This document shows positions 34,307 to 47,034 of a stretch of DNA of 64,000 nt, in pieces. The notes under the pieces were generated by a model. The model ran no database searches. It was not told where the DNA came from and worked only from the letters and a program-made list of their open reading frames with translations. The stretch lies in contig CAZUKA010000001.1 in the NCBI GenBank assembly GCA_964620905.1, positions 519,646-583,645 on the forward strand, written 5' to 3'. Within the stretch, counting starts at the first letter, position 1. Each line of letters starts with the position of its first letter. Source of the DNA: an uncultured Gammaproteobacteria bacterium. Its GTDB lineage: Bacteria; Patescibacteriota; Patescibacteriia; S139-126. The position numbers and the translations under genes are program-made.

Positions 34307-36697
34307 TCAAAGCTTCTTTTTATTTAGCATGATCATAGTCTTTATCACTGAGTCGGGATTTAGACTTATTGAATCAATTCCCGCTCTCACTAAAAATTCA
34401 GCAAAATCAGGAAAGTCTGATGGCCCTTGTCCACAAATACCAATTTTTGTTCTTGATTTTTTAGCTACCTTGATAGCTTCAGCAATCAATTTCTTAACTG
34501 CTTCGTTGCGCTCATTACCAATGTGTGCCAAAGTTCCAGCATCGCGATCAAGTCCCAAAGTTAGCTGTGTCAAATCATTGGAACCAATAGAAAAACCATC
34601 AAACATCCGAGCAAACTCTTTAGCCAGTATCACATTGGAAGGTATCTCTACCATCATATATAGTTGCAATTTATTCACTCCGCGCTTAAGTCCTTGACTA
34701 CTCATTATCTCGATAACTTTTTTTGCTTCATCCAAAGTCCTGACAAAAGGAATCATAATTTTCACATTTATTAACCCCATTTCCTCTCGGACTTTTTTCA
34801 AAGCCACACATTCCATTCTAAATACCTCCACAAACTTGGGATCGTAATACCTGGAAGCTCCGCGCCAACCTAGCATGGGGTTATCTTCTTTAGGTTCATA
34901 ACTAAGACCACCAATCAAGTTGGCGTATTCGTTGGTTTTAAAATCAGACAATCTGACAATAACATCTTTGGGATAAAAAGCAGCAGCAATTCTGGCTATA
35001 CCTTCAGCCAATTTTTCAATATAAAACTTTTTTTTGTCAGCATAACCAACCGTGATCTTATCGATTTGGGTTAAAACTTTTTTATCTGGCAATTTTTTAT
35101 AATCAAGTAACGCCTGGGGGTGAATTTTGATATAGGTATTGACGATAAACTCTTCCCGCGCTAGCCCGACGCCACTATTGGGGATAAAGGAAAAATTAAA
35201 TGCTTGATCCGGTTCGCCCACATTCATCATCACTTTGACTTTACGGGGTGTTTTTAAATTTTTTATATTGGTGCGTTTTACTTCATACTTTATACTCCCC
35301 TCATAAACCCGCCCGACTTCTCCCTCCGCACAAGATACGGTTACTTTTTGACCGGTTTTTAAAACTGAACTAGCAGTGCCGGTACCAACTACAGCTGGAA
35401 TCCCCAACTCCCTGGAAACAATCGCCGCGTGACAAGTACGTCCACCGGCATCAGTGACAATAGCAGCAGCTTTTTTCATTACTGGCACCCAATCAGGATC
35501 AGTCATGTCAGTTACTAATATATCACCGGCTTTAAATTTATGAATATCTTTAACATCCATTATTACACTTACTTGGCCAGCGCCAACTTTATTTCCAACC
35601 GCCGAACCAGTAGTCAAAATTTTACCTTTTTGCAATAACTTAAACTCTTCAACTACTGCCATATTTTTTTGCGATTGAACTGTTTCCGGTCTAGCTTGTA
35701 CGATATAAAGTTTATTTGATTTTCCATCTTTGGCCCATTCCATATCCATGGGCTTTTGATAATGCATTTCAATAATCACTGCCCACCGCGCTAACTGCAT
35801 AACTTCTTTATCAGTTAGAGCAAATTTATTGGCAGCAGATTTTGACACAGACATATCTTGTACAGGCTCAGGACCGGTTAAATTGTAAACCAATTTTCTT
35901 GTCTTGGGTCCAAGAGTTTTGGAAATAATTGCGTTCTTGCCTTGTTTTAAAGTAGGTTTAAAAACAAAATATTCATCTGGCGTAACCATACCCTGTACAA
36001 TATACTCACCTAGTCCATAAATCGCGTTGATAAGTACAGTATCTTTGAAACCAGATTCTGTATCAATAGAAAACATCACTCCGGAAGCGGCTAAGTCAGA
36101 TCTCACCATTTTTTGAATGCCAACGGTCAAAGAAATTTTGAAATGATCAAACTTTTTTTCCACACGATAAGCAATTGCCCGATCGGTAAATAAAGAGGCA
36201 ATGCATTTTTTAACTGCAAGCAACAACTCCTTCTCACCTTTGATATTAAGATAGGTTTCCTGCTGACCAGCAAAAGAAGCATCAGGTAGATCTTCGGCTG
36301 TGGCTGATGAGCGTACCGCTACATCAACATCTTTTACTTTAAAGTCTTTGGATAATTCGTGATAATAAGTAATTATTTCTTGCTCCAATTCAACTGGTAA
36401 CTGACAACGCAAAATCAAATTACGCACTTGCCTACCCCTGGCTTGTAAGTTTCTAATATCATTTACATCCAAATCGGATAAAATTCTTTTGATTTCTTTT
36501 TTAATTCCGGCTTTGTCTAAAAAATATTTATAAGCAAAAGCAGTAGTAGCAAAACCGTTCGGAATATTTACTCCTTTCTTGGTGAGTAACGAATACATCT
36601 CACCTAGTGAGGCATTTTTACCACCAACAATTTCTACATCGGTATTTCTGATTTCCCGAAAACGCAAAACAAATTTTTTCTTTTTGTTCATATTCAT
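34307..36697 (-). CDS. ppsA: Phosphoenolpyruvate synthase (pyruvate, water dikinase).
   Basis: 796 aa. N-terminal PEP/pyruvate-binding ATP-grasp region. Swivel-domain signature GGRTCHAAIVSRELGIPAVVG. C-terminal PEP-utilising TIM-barrel region. Confidence 0.85.
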   Translation of the reverse strand: MNMNKKKKFVLRFREIRNTDVEIVGGKNASLGEMYSLLTKKGVNIPNGFATTAFAYKYFLDKAGIKKEIKRILSDLDVNDIRNLQARGRQVRNLILRCQLPVELEQEIITYYHELSKDFKVKDVDVAVRSSATAEDLPDASFAGQQETYLNIKGEKELLLAVKKCIASLFTDRAIAYRVEKKFDHFKISLTVGIQKMVRSDLAASGVMFSIDTESGFKDTVLINAIYGLGEYIVQGMVTPDEYFVFKPTLKQGKNAIISKTLGPKTRKLVYNLTGPEPVQDMSVSKSAANKFALTDKEVMQLARWAVIIEMHYQKPMDMEWAKDGKSNKLYIVQARPETVQSQKNMAVVEEFKLLQKGKILTTGSAVGNKVGAGQVSVIMDVKDIHKFKAGDILVTDMTDPDWVPVMKKAAAIVTDAGGRTCHAAIVSRELGIPAVVGTGTASSVLKTGQKVTVSCAEGEVGRVYEGSIKYEVKRTNIKNLKTPRKVKVMMNVGEPDQAFNFSFIPNSGVGLAREEFIVNTYIKIHPQALLDYKKLPDKKVLTQIDKITVGYADKKKFYIEKLAEGIARIAAAFYPKDVIVRLSDFKTNEYANLIGGLSYEPKEDNPMLGWRGASRYYDPKFVEVFRMECVALKKVREEMGLINVKIMIPFVRTLDEAKKVIEIMSSQGLKRGVNKLQLYMMVEIPSNVILAKEFARMFDGFSIGSNDLTQLTLGLDRDAGTLAHIGNERNEAVKKLIAEAIKVAKKSRTKIGICGQGPSDFPDFAEFLVRAGIDSISLNPDSVIKTMIMLNKKKL

Positions 36698-36775
36698 TTT
36701 TATTAATAATAACTCATTTTATTATACCATAAACAAACTACCCCACCTAAAAGGTGGGGTAGTTGAATAAATAAA

Positions 36776-37105
36776 TTAGAGTTTAAATTTTTCAGCAAAC
36801 TGACCAATCAGAGGCAATGGTGTCATTTTGTTATTTACCACGTTCATAATACCAATTATAGCCATCACTAAACAAAACAAATAAGCCAGTGGTGCTAAAA
36901 ACATGGTCAATGGTGCAATAAACCAACAAATTGTCAGTACCAATCCTTGTTTAGCATGGTACTGGGCAAAAGCCGAATCTTTCTTGGTCAAAAGTGGGAT
37001 TAAAAAAAGTAGAAATAAATAAGACAAAATCACCACTGGTTTATCATCATTGGACACGGGGGGCATATTGTCAGGGTTAGGTACATTGTTTTGGTTATTT
37101 TCCAT
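36776..37105 (-). CDS. DUF4870-like small membrane protein.
   Basis: LSYLFLLFLIPLLTKKDSAFAQYHAKQGLVL motif with two transmembrane helices. Confidence 0.5.
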   Translation of the reverse strand: MENNQNNVPNPDNMPPVSNDDKPVVILSYLFLLFLIPLLTKKDSAFAQYHAKQGLVLTICWFIAPLTMFLAPLAYLFCLVMAIIGIMNVVNNKMTPLPLIGQFAEKFKL

Positions 37106-37342
37106 ATAGTATTATTTATTATTTAGCAGTATTTATTCTAGCAAAAAAATTAATAAAAAGAAAATAGAAGCTGGGGTCTAGAATTTAGAATAAAAAGATG
37201 GGGAATAATTTTATAATTTTTAAATAAATCAAAATTTTTAAAAATTAATAATTTAAAATTAAAAATTGAGTAAATATGAATACACAAACGACCTTATTCA
37301 CTTGGAACAAGGTCGTTTCTAAACTAAATAAATAAAATGAAA

Positions 37343-39010
<1,668 letters not shown>

Positions 39011-39109
39011 TTATGATTTAAAAAAATTTTTAATTTTTGAATTTTATAATTTTTTAAATAATTTTTAATCTCTAATTTTTAAAAATTAAAAATTACAAAA
39101 TTAAAAATT

Positions 39110-39385
39110 CTACTCAAGGACCGCTAAAATATCATCTTCCCCTACAACCTTGTACTCCACTTCATCAATTTTCACTTCTGTGCCACCGTATTTGGAACAC
39201 AACACTTGATCACCGGGTTTGATACCAAGTTTGGCAATTTTTTCACCAGTTCCCACTGCTACCACTTCTGCTTGTTCTGGTTTTTCCTTATCAACCGTAT
39301 CAGGTAAAACTATACCTGACTTAGTCACTTCTTCAGCTTTAGCAGGTTTTAATACAGCTCTATCTCCTAAAGGTTTTATTTTCAT
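39110..39385 (-). CDS. groES: Co-chaperonin GroES.
   Basis: 91 aa. MKIKPLGDRAVLKP. Mobile loop. Immediately upstream of groEL. Confidence 0.9.
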   Translation of the reverse strand: MKIKPLGDRAVLKPAKAEEVTKSGIVLPDTVDKEKPEQAEVVAVGTGEKIAKLGIKPGDQVLCSKYGGTEVKIDEVEYKVVGEDDILAVLE

Positions 39386-39506
39386 AGATTTTACTATTAA
39401 TTATTAAATATTTAAAATTTAGCTTACCCTAATATTTTAAAATTGTCCAATTTTATAGGATTTATGGGTAAATTTAAGATAACGACCAAAATCAATTTTA
39501 ACAAAA

Positions 39507-39533
39507 TTAGCACTCTACCGTCAAGAGTGCTAA
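39507..39533. promoter_or_regulatory. CIRCE operator (HrcA binding site) upstream of groES-groEL.
   Basis: Perfect consensus TTAGCACTC-N9-GAGTGCTAA, about 120 nt upstream of the groES start. Confidence 0.8.
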
Positions 39534-39549
39534 TTATCCACAACCTATA

Positions 39550-40875
39550 TTATTCCCTAACGGATTTAGCTACAGTAATAATACCTAAAATCAAAAAAAA
39601 TAAATAAATACCAAAATTCAAACTCCACCACCAATGATCAAATAAAAACAGAAAAGAAGCAATCAGAAAAAACAACCAACTCTTGGGTGATAAAAAATTA
39701 ATTACTTGTAATAAAAAAACAAAAAGCAGCAGCGCCAGTCCAATAATTCCCAATTCCACTAAAATAAGTAAAAAGGTATTGTGGGGTGGCTGCAACTGCC
39801 AAACATAACGCTCCGGGTGTTGCTGCTGCAAACTATAAGTATAAACGCCAAGACCAGTGCCTAAAATTGGTTTTTGTTCAAACGTTTGCCAGGCATCAAT
39901 AAAACTATCTATACGCTGAGAATAAGATAATACCTCTAGCCGTTCACTAGCTTTGACTCTGGTAAAAAAAGGTTCACTATAAATTCCAACCCAGAGACCA
40001 GCCGTAAATATTGCCAATATTAATACCAAAATATAAGTTTTCCAATTAATAAATGATTTTTTAAAAACCAATTGCCCCAACATCACCAAAAACAAAAATA
40101 TTGTTGCCAGCCAAGCAGCGCGAGAAAAACTCAAAACAATACCAGAGATAATAATAATTATTCCGAAAAGTAATGTCATCTCAAATATCTGTATTTGCTT
40201 GGCTTTTGTCTGGGACCACAAAACTTCCGCCCGCTGCAATAGATCAATTGCCCAAACTAATACTATCACCAAGAAACCACCCAAAATATTTGGATGGGGA
40301 AAAGAGCCGTAAGCTCTAAGCCAACGTCTAAGACCTGTATCCACCACTGATACACCTAAATTTTGTGGGTCTTGCGTCGCCATCCCCAACCATTTACTAC
40401 CAGTGACAAATTGATTTAAAAATTGCCCTATAGATAACAGCCCTTGCATTAATCCAGCCGAAATAAAAATTATTCCTAGTTTAATGAAAGAAATTTGATT
40501 GGTTTTAACCAACCAAAAAACACCCAGGGCTAAAAATAATTTCACGGCATAATAAATACTCAAAGCCGGAAAAACCGACCACTGGACGCTGAAAAATGCC
40601 AGCAAAACAAAAACTACCAACCAAAAAATAGGTGAAAAAAAATCAATACTTTTGTAGTTAAAATTGTTTTTATTTTTGATCCACAAAATGAAATTTATAA
40701 CCAATAATAAAATAAGTAAAATTTCGCTAATATAAATACTAACACTGCCAGCTTCCCAAACACCGCCTTTTAATTTTGCCTCATAAAAATACCTTATCTG
40801 CCAGGGCAACAAAAATACCCACAAATATATACCATACTCTAAAATTTTCTCTAATTTTTTTTGCAACATAAACAT
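39550..40875 (-). CDS. Polytopic membrane protein, O-antigen ligase/polymerase-like.
   Basis: 441 aa with about 10-12 transmembrane segments and a central periplasmic loop. The assignment rests on fold class and is weak. Confidence 0.45.
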   Translation of the reverse strand: MFMLQKKLEKILEYGIYLWVFLLPWQIRYFYEAKLKGGVWEAGSVSIYISEILLILLLVINFILWIKNKNNFNYKSIDFFSPIFWLVVFVLLAFFSVQWSVFPALSIYYAVKLFLALGVFWLVKTNQISFIKLGIIFISAGLMQGLLSIGQFLNQFVTGSKWLGMATQDPQNLGVSVVDTGLRRWLRAYGSFPHPNILGGFLVIVLVWAIDLLQRAEVLWSQTKAKQIQIFEMTLLFGIIIIISGIVLSFSRAAWLATIFLFLVMLGQLVFKKSFINWKTYILVLILAIFTAGLWVGIYSEPFFTRVKASERLEVLSYSQRIDSFIDAWQTFEQKPILGTGLGVYTYSLQQQHPERYVWQLQPPHNTFLLILVELGIIGLALLLFVFLLQVINFLSPKSWLFFLIASFLFLFDHWWWSLNFGIYLFFLILGIITVAKSVRE

Positions 40876-40881
40876 TTACTC

Positions 40882-41775
40882 TTAATACTTAATACTATAT
40901 TCTTTTATACATCTTTCCTCCCATAACTTTTGATAATATTCGCGCTTGTCTGCTTGGCCGTGAAATTTCAAAACCTCATCTGTCAGCATTACCCGACTAT
41001 CTTGATTGGCTAGCTGCTGTAAATTATCGGGTAACAATTTGAGTTGAATTTTTTTAAGTGGCTGTTCCCAAACCCGCCAGGTCAACCAACTAAACAACCG
41101 ACTAAAAAAAGTTCTACGGATCACCCAAGGACCAACCAAATCAATTGGTTGCGCCAACGGCAAATTCTTTTGTAACCAATCATTACTTAGAAAAAATTTT
41201 TCATAAAGCTTGTCTGGATTATAAATCGGTAATAGTTTAGTCAACCAATAAGTCAAATACACATCGTCTTGATTGATCTTTAAATTGGCTATATTCAAAC
41301 TGTCTGTTGTCAAAAAAAAGGTTAAACAAATCATATCTTGTTTGCCACCCCGATCATAAGGTCGTAAACGTCTTATCTTCAAAAAACTCTGCAACCAAAA
41401 CCTAGTCAGCCAAATCCGATTCGGGCTAGTGATGATAAATAAATCAATATCACTACCACTAGCAGCGTTAAGATATCCCAGAGAGTTACATACTGCTATC
41501 AATCTGACACTAGGGAGTAGCCGCAACCACCTTGCCACTCGAATAGCCAAATGCATTTTGGCAATACTAGATAAATAATTATTATGACGCTTTTGTAAAT
41601 CAAGAGGTTGTGATTTTATAAAATATAAACCTTGCGTAAAGGCAATTTGGTCAGTAAAAGAATCCAACACTTTTTTTTCACCAGACCAAGAATTTTTATT
41701 TGCTTCCCATTCGGTTAAAGGATAAGAAAAAATGCTATGAAAAATCAAACTTTTGTAAGTCGACGAATTGATCAT
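40882..41775 (-). CDS. Hypothetical protein with a minimal nucleotidyltransferase-like motif.
   Basis: AASGSDIDLFIITSP resembles the GS-x-D-x-D polymerase-beta nucleotidyltransferase motif. Confidence 0.4.
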   Translation of the reverse strand: MINSSTYKSLIFHSIFSYPLTEWEANKNSWSGEKKVLDSFTDQIAFTQGLYFIKSQPLDLQKRHNNYLSSIAKMHLAIRVARWLRLLPSVRLIAVCNSLGYLNAASGSDIDLFIITSPNRIWLTRFWLQSFLKIRRLRPYDRGGKQDMICLTFFLTTDSLNIANLKINQDDVYLTYWLTKLLPIYNPDKLYEKFFLSNDWLQKNLPLAQPIDLVGPWVIRRTFFSRLFSWLTWRVWEQPLKKIQLKLLPDNLQQLANQDSRVMLTDEVLKFHGQADKREYYQKLWEERCIKEYSIKY

Positions 41776-41832
41776 AGATATATTGTAGCAAATTAAAAAA
41801 ATTTACGCTCTCAAAAGAAAAGCGTAAAAATT

Positions 41833-44727
41833 TTATAATACTTTCTTTAAATACTGACCAGTATAACTTTGCTTAATTTTTGCCACCTCTCGCGGTGTAC
41901 CGCAGGCCACAACTCGCCCACCTTGACTACCACCATCAGGTCCTAAATCAATAATATAATCACACGATTTTATCACGTCTAAATTATGTTCAATAATCAA
42001 AACACTATTCCCTTTCTCTACCAATTGATCTAACACCGCCAATAGTCGTCTAACATCAGCAAAATGCAAACCAGTTGTCGGTTCATCTAAAATATACAAA
42101 GTTTTGCCGGTAGCACGACGAGAAAGCTCAGTAGCCAATTTTATCCGCTGAGCTTCGCCGCCGGATAAAGTAGTGGCGGATTGACCGAGGTGAATATACC
42201 CTAGCCCCACTTGATTTAAAGTTTCCAGTTTGTCGTGAATAGCCGGTACGTTGCTAAAAAAAATTGCCGCTTCTTCCACATTCATATTCAAAATATCAGA
42301 AATGTTTTTATTGCGATAATGTATTTCCAAGGCTTGTTGGTTGTACCGCTTGCCATGACACTCTTCACATTCTACGTAAACGTCCGGCAAAAAATTCATC
42401 TCTATCCGTACCATACCATCTCCCTGACAAGCCTCACAACGACCACCCTTAACATTGAAAGAAAATCGTCCGGGACTATAGCCACGCATTTTTGCTTCCG
42501 GCAATTCTGCGTATAACTCTCTAATTGGTGTAAATAAACCAGTGTAGGTAGCTGGGTTAGAACGCGGCGTACGGCCAATCGGTGATTGATCAATATTTAT
42601 TACTTTATCTAAATTTTCCAAACCTTTGATGGCTTGGTGTGCGCCTGGTAAATCTTTAGCACGATAAAAATGTTGCGACAAAGCCTTAGCTAATATATCG
42701 GTCATCAAAGTGGATTTACCACTACCAGAAACACCAGTGATGGCAACCAATTTGCCGAGTGGAATTTCCACATCAATATTTTGTAAATTATGTTCAGTAG
42801 CACCAATTACTTTTATGCTCTTGCCATTGCCAGTATGATATTTTTTTGGCGATTCAATTTTTTCTCGCCCAGAAATAAACTTACCAGTCAAAGAATCCTT
42901 ATGTCTTTTTATTTGTTCTGGCGTACCACAAGCGACTATTTTGCCACCATGTTCACCCGCGCCAGGACCAATATCAACTACATAATCAGCGGCTAAAATT
43001 GTATCTTCATCGTGTTCAACTACAATTACGGTATTACCTAGATCACGCAGATGCTGCAAAGTTTTTATTAATTTATGGTTGTCTTTTTGGTGTAAGCCAA
43101 TTGAAGGTTCATCCAAAATATAAAGTACCCCAACCAAAGCCGATCCAATCTGAGTAGCTAGTCTAATCCGTTGAGCTTCCCCCCCTGACAAAGTGGCGGC
43201 CGCCCGGTCCAAAGTCAAATAATCAAGTCCAACGTCCTGCAAAAACTGAAGACGTGACACAATCTCTTTAAGTATCTGCTTGGCAATTTTTTGTTCTCGT
43301 TCAGTCAGTGATTCATTATGATTGGTACTAGCTAATTTTTTAAAAAAAGGAATAGCTTCGTTGACAGTCAAAGTTGTAACTAGATAAATATTCTTATCAG
43401 CCACGGTCACGGCTAGTGATTGCGGGTTTAGTCGCTTGCCTAAGCAAACTGGGCATTCCAAAACCCGCATATATCTTTCAATCTCACTGCGCACATAATC
43501 TGATTCTGTATCTTTATAACGTCTTTCCAAATTTGGTATTACACCTTCAAAATGAGTAGCATATTCCCCAGAAAAACTAGCACTCTCAATATCCATAGTA
43601 TAACGCTTATCACCTGTACCATATAATAAAATATTCAACTGCTTTGTACTAAATTTTTCCAATGGTTCATTGACGGAAAAACCGTGCTTTTTACCAACCT
43701 GCTCTAAAATACGAACATACCAACTTTGGTTAGCTCGAGTACGCGCCCAAGGACGAATCGCCCCTTGAGCGATAGTTAATTTTTTGTTGGGAATTACTAA
43801 ATCTTTATCAATTTCCAATTTTGTTCCTAACCCGCTACAAGCACTACAAGCACCGTGAGGAGAATTAAAAGAAAAATTCCTCGGTTCTATCGGCAATAAA
43901 CTGGTATTGCATTTGGGACAAGCAAAATGCTCACTAAAAATAAAATCTTCACCGCTGCCTACCAATGAAATCATTATAAAACCATCACCCAAATCAAGAG
44001 CCGTTTCCAAACTTTCCGATAATCTTTGTTTATCGTCGTTATCAGCACTCACCGAAATTCTATCAATCACAACTTCAATATTGTGATTTTTTTGTTTATC
44101 AATATTTTTATCCAAAGCCTCTTCAATCGGCACTATCTCGCCATCCAAACGCACGCGAACATAACCAGCTTTTTGTATTTTCTCCAACAACCCTTTGTGC
44201 TCACCTTTTTTGTCTTTTATCACTGGGGCCATCAACACCAACTGCGTATCCTCCGGTAGGGTCACTATTTTTTCAAAAATTTGCTGCTTAGTCTGTCTGA
44301 CTACCAACTGACCACACTGAGGACAGTGCGGTTTACCAATCCGAGCATAAAGTAGACGCAAATAATCATATATTTCCGTCACCGTACCAACGGTAGAACG
44401 AGGATTGTGCGAAACCGAACGCTGATCAATAGAAATAGCTGGAGACAATCCTTCAATCATATCAACATCCGGTTTATCCATCAGTCCTAAAAATTGTCGC
44501 GCATAAGATGATAAACTCTCTACATAACGTCTTTGTCCCTCGGCATAAATAGTATCAAAGGCCAAAGAAGACTTGCCACTGCCAGAAAGACCGGTAATTA
44601 CCACCAACTTATCGCGAGGAATATCAACATCAATATTTTTTAAGTTGTGGACTCTAGCACCTCTAATAATTATCATTTTATCCGATATTTTATTTGTCTT
44701 TTTAGTGGCAGTAACTTTAGTAGGCAT
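41833..44727 (-). CDS. uvrA: Excinuclease ABC subunit A (UvrA).
   Basis: 964 aa. Two ABC ATPase modules ([26 protein letters not shown] signatures) and zinc-finger Cys clusters. Confidence 0.95.
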   Translation of the reverse strand: MPTKVTATKKTNKISDKMIIIRGARVHNLKNIDVDIPRDKLVVITGLSGSGKSSLAFDTIYAEGQRRYVESLSSYARQFLGLMDKPDVDMIEGLSPAISIDQRSVSHNPRSTVGTVTEIYDYLRLLYARIGKPHCPQCGQLVVRQTKQQIFEKIVTLPEDTQLVLMAPVIKDKKGEHKGLLEKIQKAGYVRVRLDGEIVPIEEALDKNIDKQKNHNIEVVIDRISVSADNDDKQRLSESLETALDLGDGFIMISLVGSGEDFIFSEHFACPKCNTSLLPIEPRNFSFNSPHGACSACSGLGTKLEIDKDLVIPNKKLTIAQGAIRPWARTRANQSWYVRILEQVGKKHGFSVNEPLEKFSTKQLNILLYGTGDKRYTMDIESASFSGEYATHFEGVIPNLERRYKDTESDYVRSEIERYMRVLECPVCLGKRLNPQSLAVTVADKNIYLVTTLTVNEAIPFFKKLASTNHNESLTEREQKIAKQILKEIVSRLQFLQDVGLDYLTLDRAAATLSGGEAQRIRLATQIGSALVGVLYILDEPSIGLHQKDNHKLIKTLQHLRDLGNTVIVVEHDEDTILAADYVVDIGPGAGEHGGKIVACGTPEQIKRHKDSLTGKFISGREKIESPKKYHTGNGKSIKVIGATEHNLQNIDVEIPLGKLVAITGVSGSGKSTLMTDILAKALSQHFYRAKDLPGAHQAIKGLENLDKVINIDQSPIGRTPRSNPATYTGLFTPIRELYAELPEAKMRGYSPGRFSFNVKGGRCEACQGDGMVRIEMNFLPDVYVECEECHGKRYNQQALEIHYRNKNISDILNMNVEEAAIFFSNVPAIHDKLETLNQVGLGYIHLGQSATTLSGGEAQRIKLATELSRRATGKTLYILDEPTTGLHFADVRRLLAVLDQLVEKGNSVLIIEHNLDVIKSCDYIIDLGPDGGSQGGRVVACGTPREVAKIKQSYTGQYLKKVL

Positions 44728-44794
44728 ATATTTTATAAATGGATATTAAAAATCAGCACTTAGTATACAGTAAAAATAAAAAAGGGTCAAGCTT

Positions 44795-45028
44795 TTAACT
44801 TGACCGGATATTTGGCTGATTTGATTTTAGAAAATATTCTGGTTCTAACATTAAAAATTCTCTATTCTCCTCAGAAAATGAGGGAATTTTACTAAAATCA
44901 AAGTCAGTTTGGTGAAAGGTTGAATGCTTACAATTCGTACATATATATTCAATATATTTACTATTCCCCTGATTGGGTAGTTGGGTGGTATGAGGTGACT
45001 GGCACCAAGCGCATATTACTCTTTCCAT
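44795..45028 (-). CDS. Small zinc-ribbon-like hypothetical protein.
   Basis: 77 aa with CAWC...CTNC. Lies between uvrA and uvrC. Confidence 0.3.
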   Translation of the reverse strand: MERVICAWCQSPHTTQLPNQGNSKYIEYICTNCKHSTFHQTDFDFSKIPSFSEENREFLMLEPEYFLKSNQPNIRSS

Positions 45029-45119
45029 ATCTTCTCCTTTTAATTATTGAGGTTGTCAAAGTGATAATATAAAAAAATACCTTATTTTACTTAGTTAGTT
45101 AATAAGCTATTATTAAGCT

Positions 45120-46649
45120 ATGAATAAAACTACATTAAATAACTTACCCACCAGACCGGGTTGTTATCTTTTTAAAAATCAATCAGAAAAAATAATCTAT
45201 ATTGGCAAGGCAAAAAATATTAAACAACGTGTCAAAAGTTATTTTAACTCCCTAGCAGCACTCTCACCAGCTAAACAACTAATGGTAAAAGAAATTTTTT
45301 CTATCGAAACTGTAATAGTCAACAATGAAACTGAAGCTTTGCTTTTGGAAAATAATCTAATCAAAAAACATCAGCCCAAATACAATATTGATCTCAAAGA
45401 TGATAAAAACTTCTGTTACGTAAAAATTTCCCAGACCACACCACCCACAGTCACTGTAGAGAGACAGATAAAAAAAGATAATGCTACTTATTTTGGACCT
45501 TATCTGTCTGCTTTGGCGGTCAGAAAAACTTTGAACATGTTTTGGCCAATAGGAACAAAAAATTTTCTAAAAAAATTTTCAAACGCCGAACATCAACTAG
45601 CCATCAATCAAATAAAAGACTTCTTTCGAGGCAATAATAAAAAAATTATCAACCAATTACAAACAAAAATGATCCAAGCAGCTAAACAAAAAAATTATGA
45701 GTTGGCTGCTATCTATCGTGACCGTTTATCAGCAATTGAAAAAATTTCCCGTCGCCAAAAGATTATTGGTACTAAACTGACCAACCAAGACATTGTCAGT
45801 ATTTTTTCTTGGCGCGATTGGCATGCAATCAATCTATTTCGGTTGCGTCAAGGAAAAATTATTGACAAACTTAACTTTACTATCGCTAGTCAGATCAGTG
45901 ATAAAAAATTTATCTTAGCCGAGTTTATTCAGAATTATTATCAACAAACCTTTGATTGGCCTAAAGAAATTGTTACTCCTGTTTTGCTACCAAAAATAAA
46001 AATTACCGATACCACAAAAAAAATAATTTTATCTTATAAAAAAAGTGGGCGTTTAGGAAATATTCTCAAACTCGGACAACTAAATGCTCAGGACTATCTA
46101 GCTAAAAAAATTCCGTCTTTTCTCCGTGATGATAAAAAAAATTTAGTTGCTTCTATTAATCTAGCCGAAAAATTACCGCTGCCCAATTTACCTCAAAGAA
46201 TAGAATGTTATGATATTTCCAACATCCAGGGTCACTTTGCAGTCGGAGCTATGGTGGTATTTAAACACGGTCAACCAGACAAATCACAGTATCGTAAATT
46301 TAAAATCAAATATACCCCCAGTAACAATGATTTTGCTATGATAGCGGAAATTATTGCCCGTCGCTTTACTGGCCATAATGATTGGCCGCAGCCAGATCTA
46401 ATTATTATTGATGGTGGTAAAGGTCAGCTATCAAGCGCTACTAAAACCCTGCGCCGATTAAAAATTAATTTACCAATCATTGCTTTGGCCAAAAAAAATG
46501 AGGATATTTTTTTTCCTGGGAAAAAGCATCCCCACAAATTTAAAAACAACAGTCCCGAATTAAAACTTTTACAAAGAATAAGAGACGAAGCCCATCGATT
46601 TGCTATTAATTATTATCGTCAGATGCATCAAAAAAATAACTTTTCATGA
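45120..46649 (+). CDS. uvrC: Excinuclease ABC subunit C (UvrC), short form.
   Basis: N-terminal GIY-YIG (GCYLFKNQSEKIIYIGKAKNIKQRVKSYF). UvrBC-interaction domain. RNase H-like endonuclease domain. The C-terminal HhH region appears to be absent. Confidence 0.8.
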   Translation: MNKTTLNNLPTRPGCYLFKNQSEKIIYIGKAKNIKQRVKSYFNSLAALSPAKQLMVKEIFSIETVIVNNETEALLLENNLIKKHQPKYNIDLKDDKNFCYVKISQTTPPTVTVERQIKKDNATYFGPYLSALAVRKTLNMFWPIGTKNFLKKFSNAEHQLAINQIKDFFRGNNKKIINQLQTKMIQAAKQKNYELAAIYRDRLSAIEKISRRQKIIGTKLTNQDIVSIFSWRDWHAINLFRLRQGKIIDKLNFTIASQISDKKFILAEFIQNYYQQTFDWPKEIVTPVLLPKIKITDTTKKIILSYKKSGRLGNILKLGQLNAQDYLAKKIPSFLRDDKKNLVASINLAEKLPLPNLPQRIECYDISNIQGHFAVGAMVVFKHGQPDKSQYRKFKIKYTPSNNDFAMIAEIIARRFTGHNDWPQPDLIIIDGGKGQLSSATKTLRRLKINLPIIALAKKNEDIFFPGKKHPHKFKNNSPELKLLQRIRDEAHRFAINYYRQMHQKNNFS

Positions 46650-46710
46650 TCAGGTGTTTAAACCAATTTATAGCTAAAAAGCTTGGTATTATTGACAAAA
46701 TAAATATTAT

Positions 46711-46986
46711 TTGATATACTTATCCCACTGGTTAGCAAACCATCTTTTTTATTGCAATTACATGATAAAAACATTCTTAATTGTGCAGATGATAGTTGCT
46801 GCCCTACTAGTTTTGGCAGTAATTATGCAAAACAGAGGTAGTGGCACGGGAGCTATTTTTGGCGGAGGCAATCAAGTTTTTAGAGCTAAACGCGGCGCAG
46901 AAAAAACTTTATTTTATATTACTATATTTTTAGGCATAGTATTTTTCGCATTAAGCCTATATATTTCAGTATTTCTAGCTGAATAA
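46711..46986 (+). CDS. secG: Preprotein translocase subunit SecG.
   Basis: Two transmembrane helices and a Gly-rich loop (MQNRGSGTGAIFGGGNQVF) typical of SecG. Confidence 0.6.
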   Translation: MIYLSHWLANHLFYCNYMIKTFLIVQMIVAALLVLAVIMQNRGSGTGAIFGGGNQVFRAKRGAEKTLFYITIFLGIVFFALSLYISVFLAE

Positions 46987-47034
46987 TTTCCCTATTTTCG
47001 CAATACTTTAGAAAACTATTTATTGTAATCAGTT

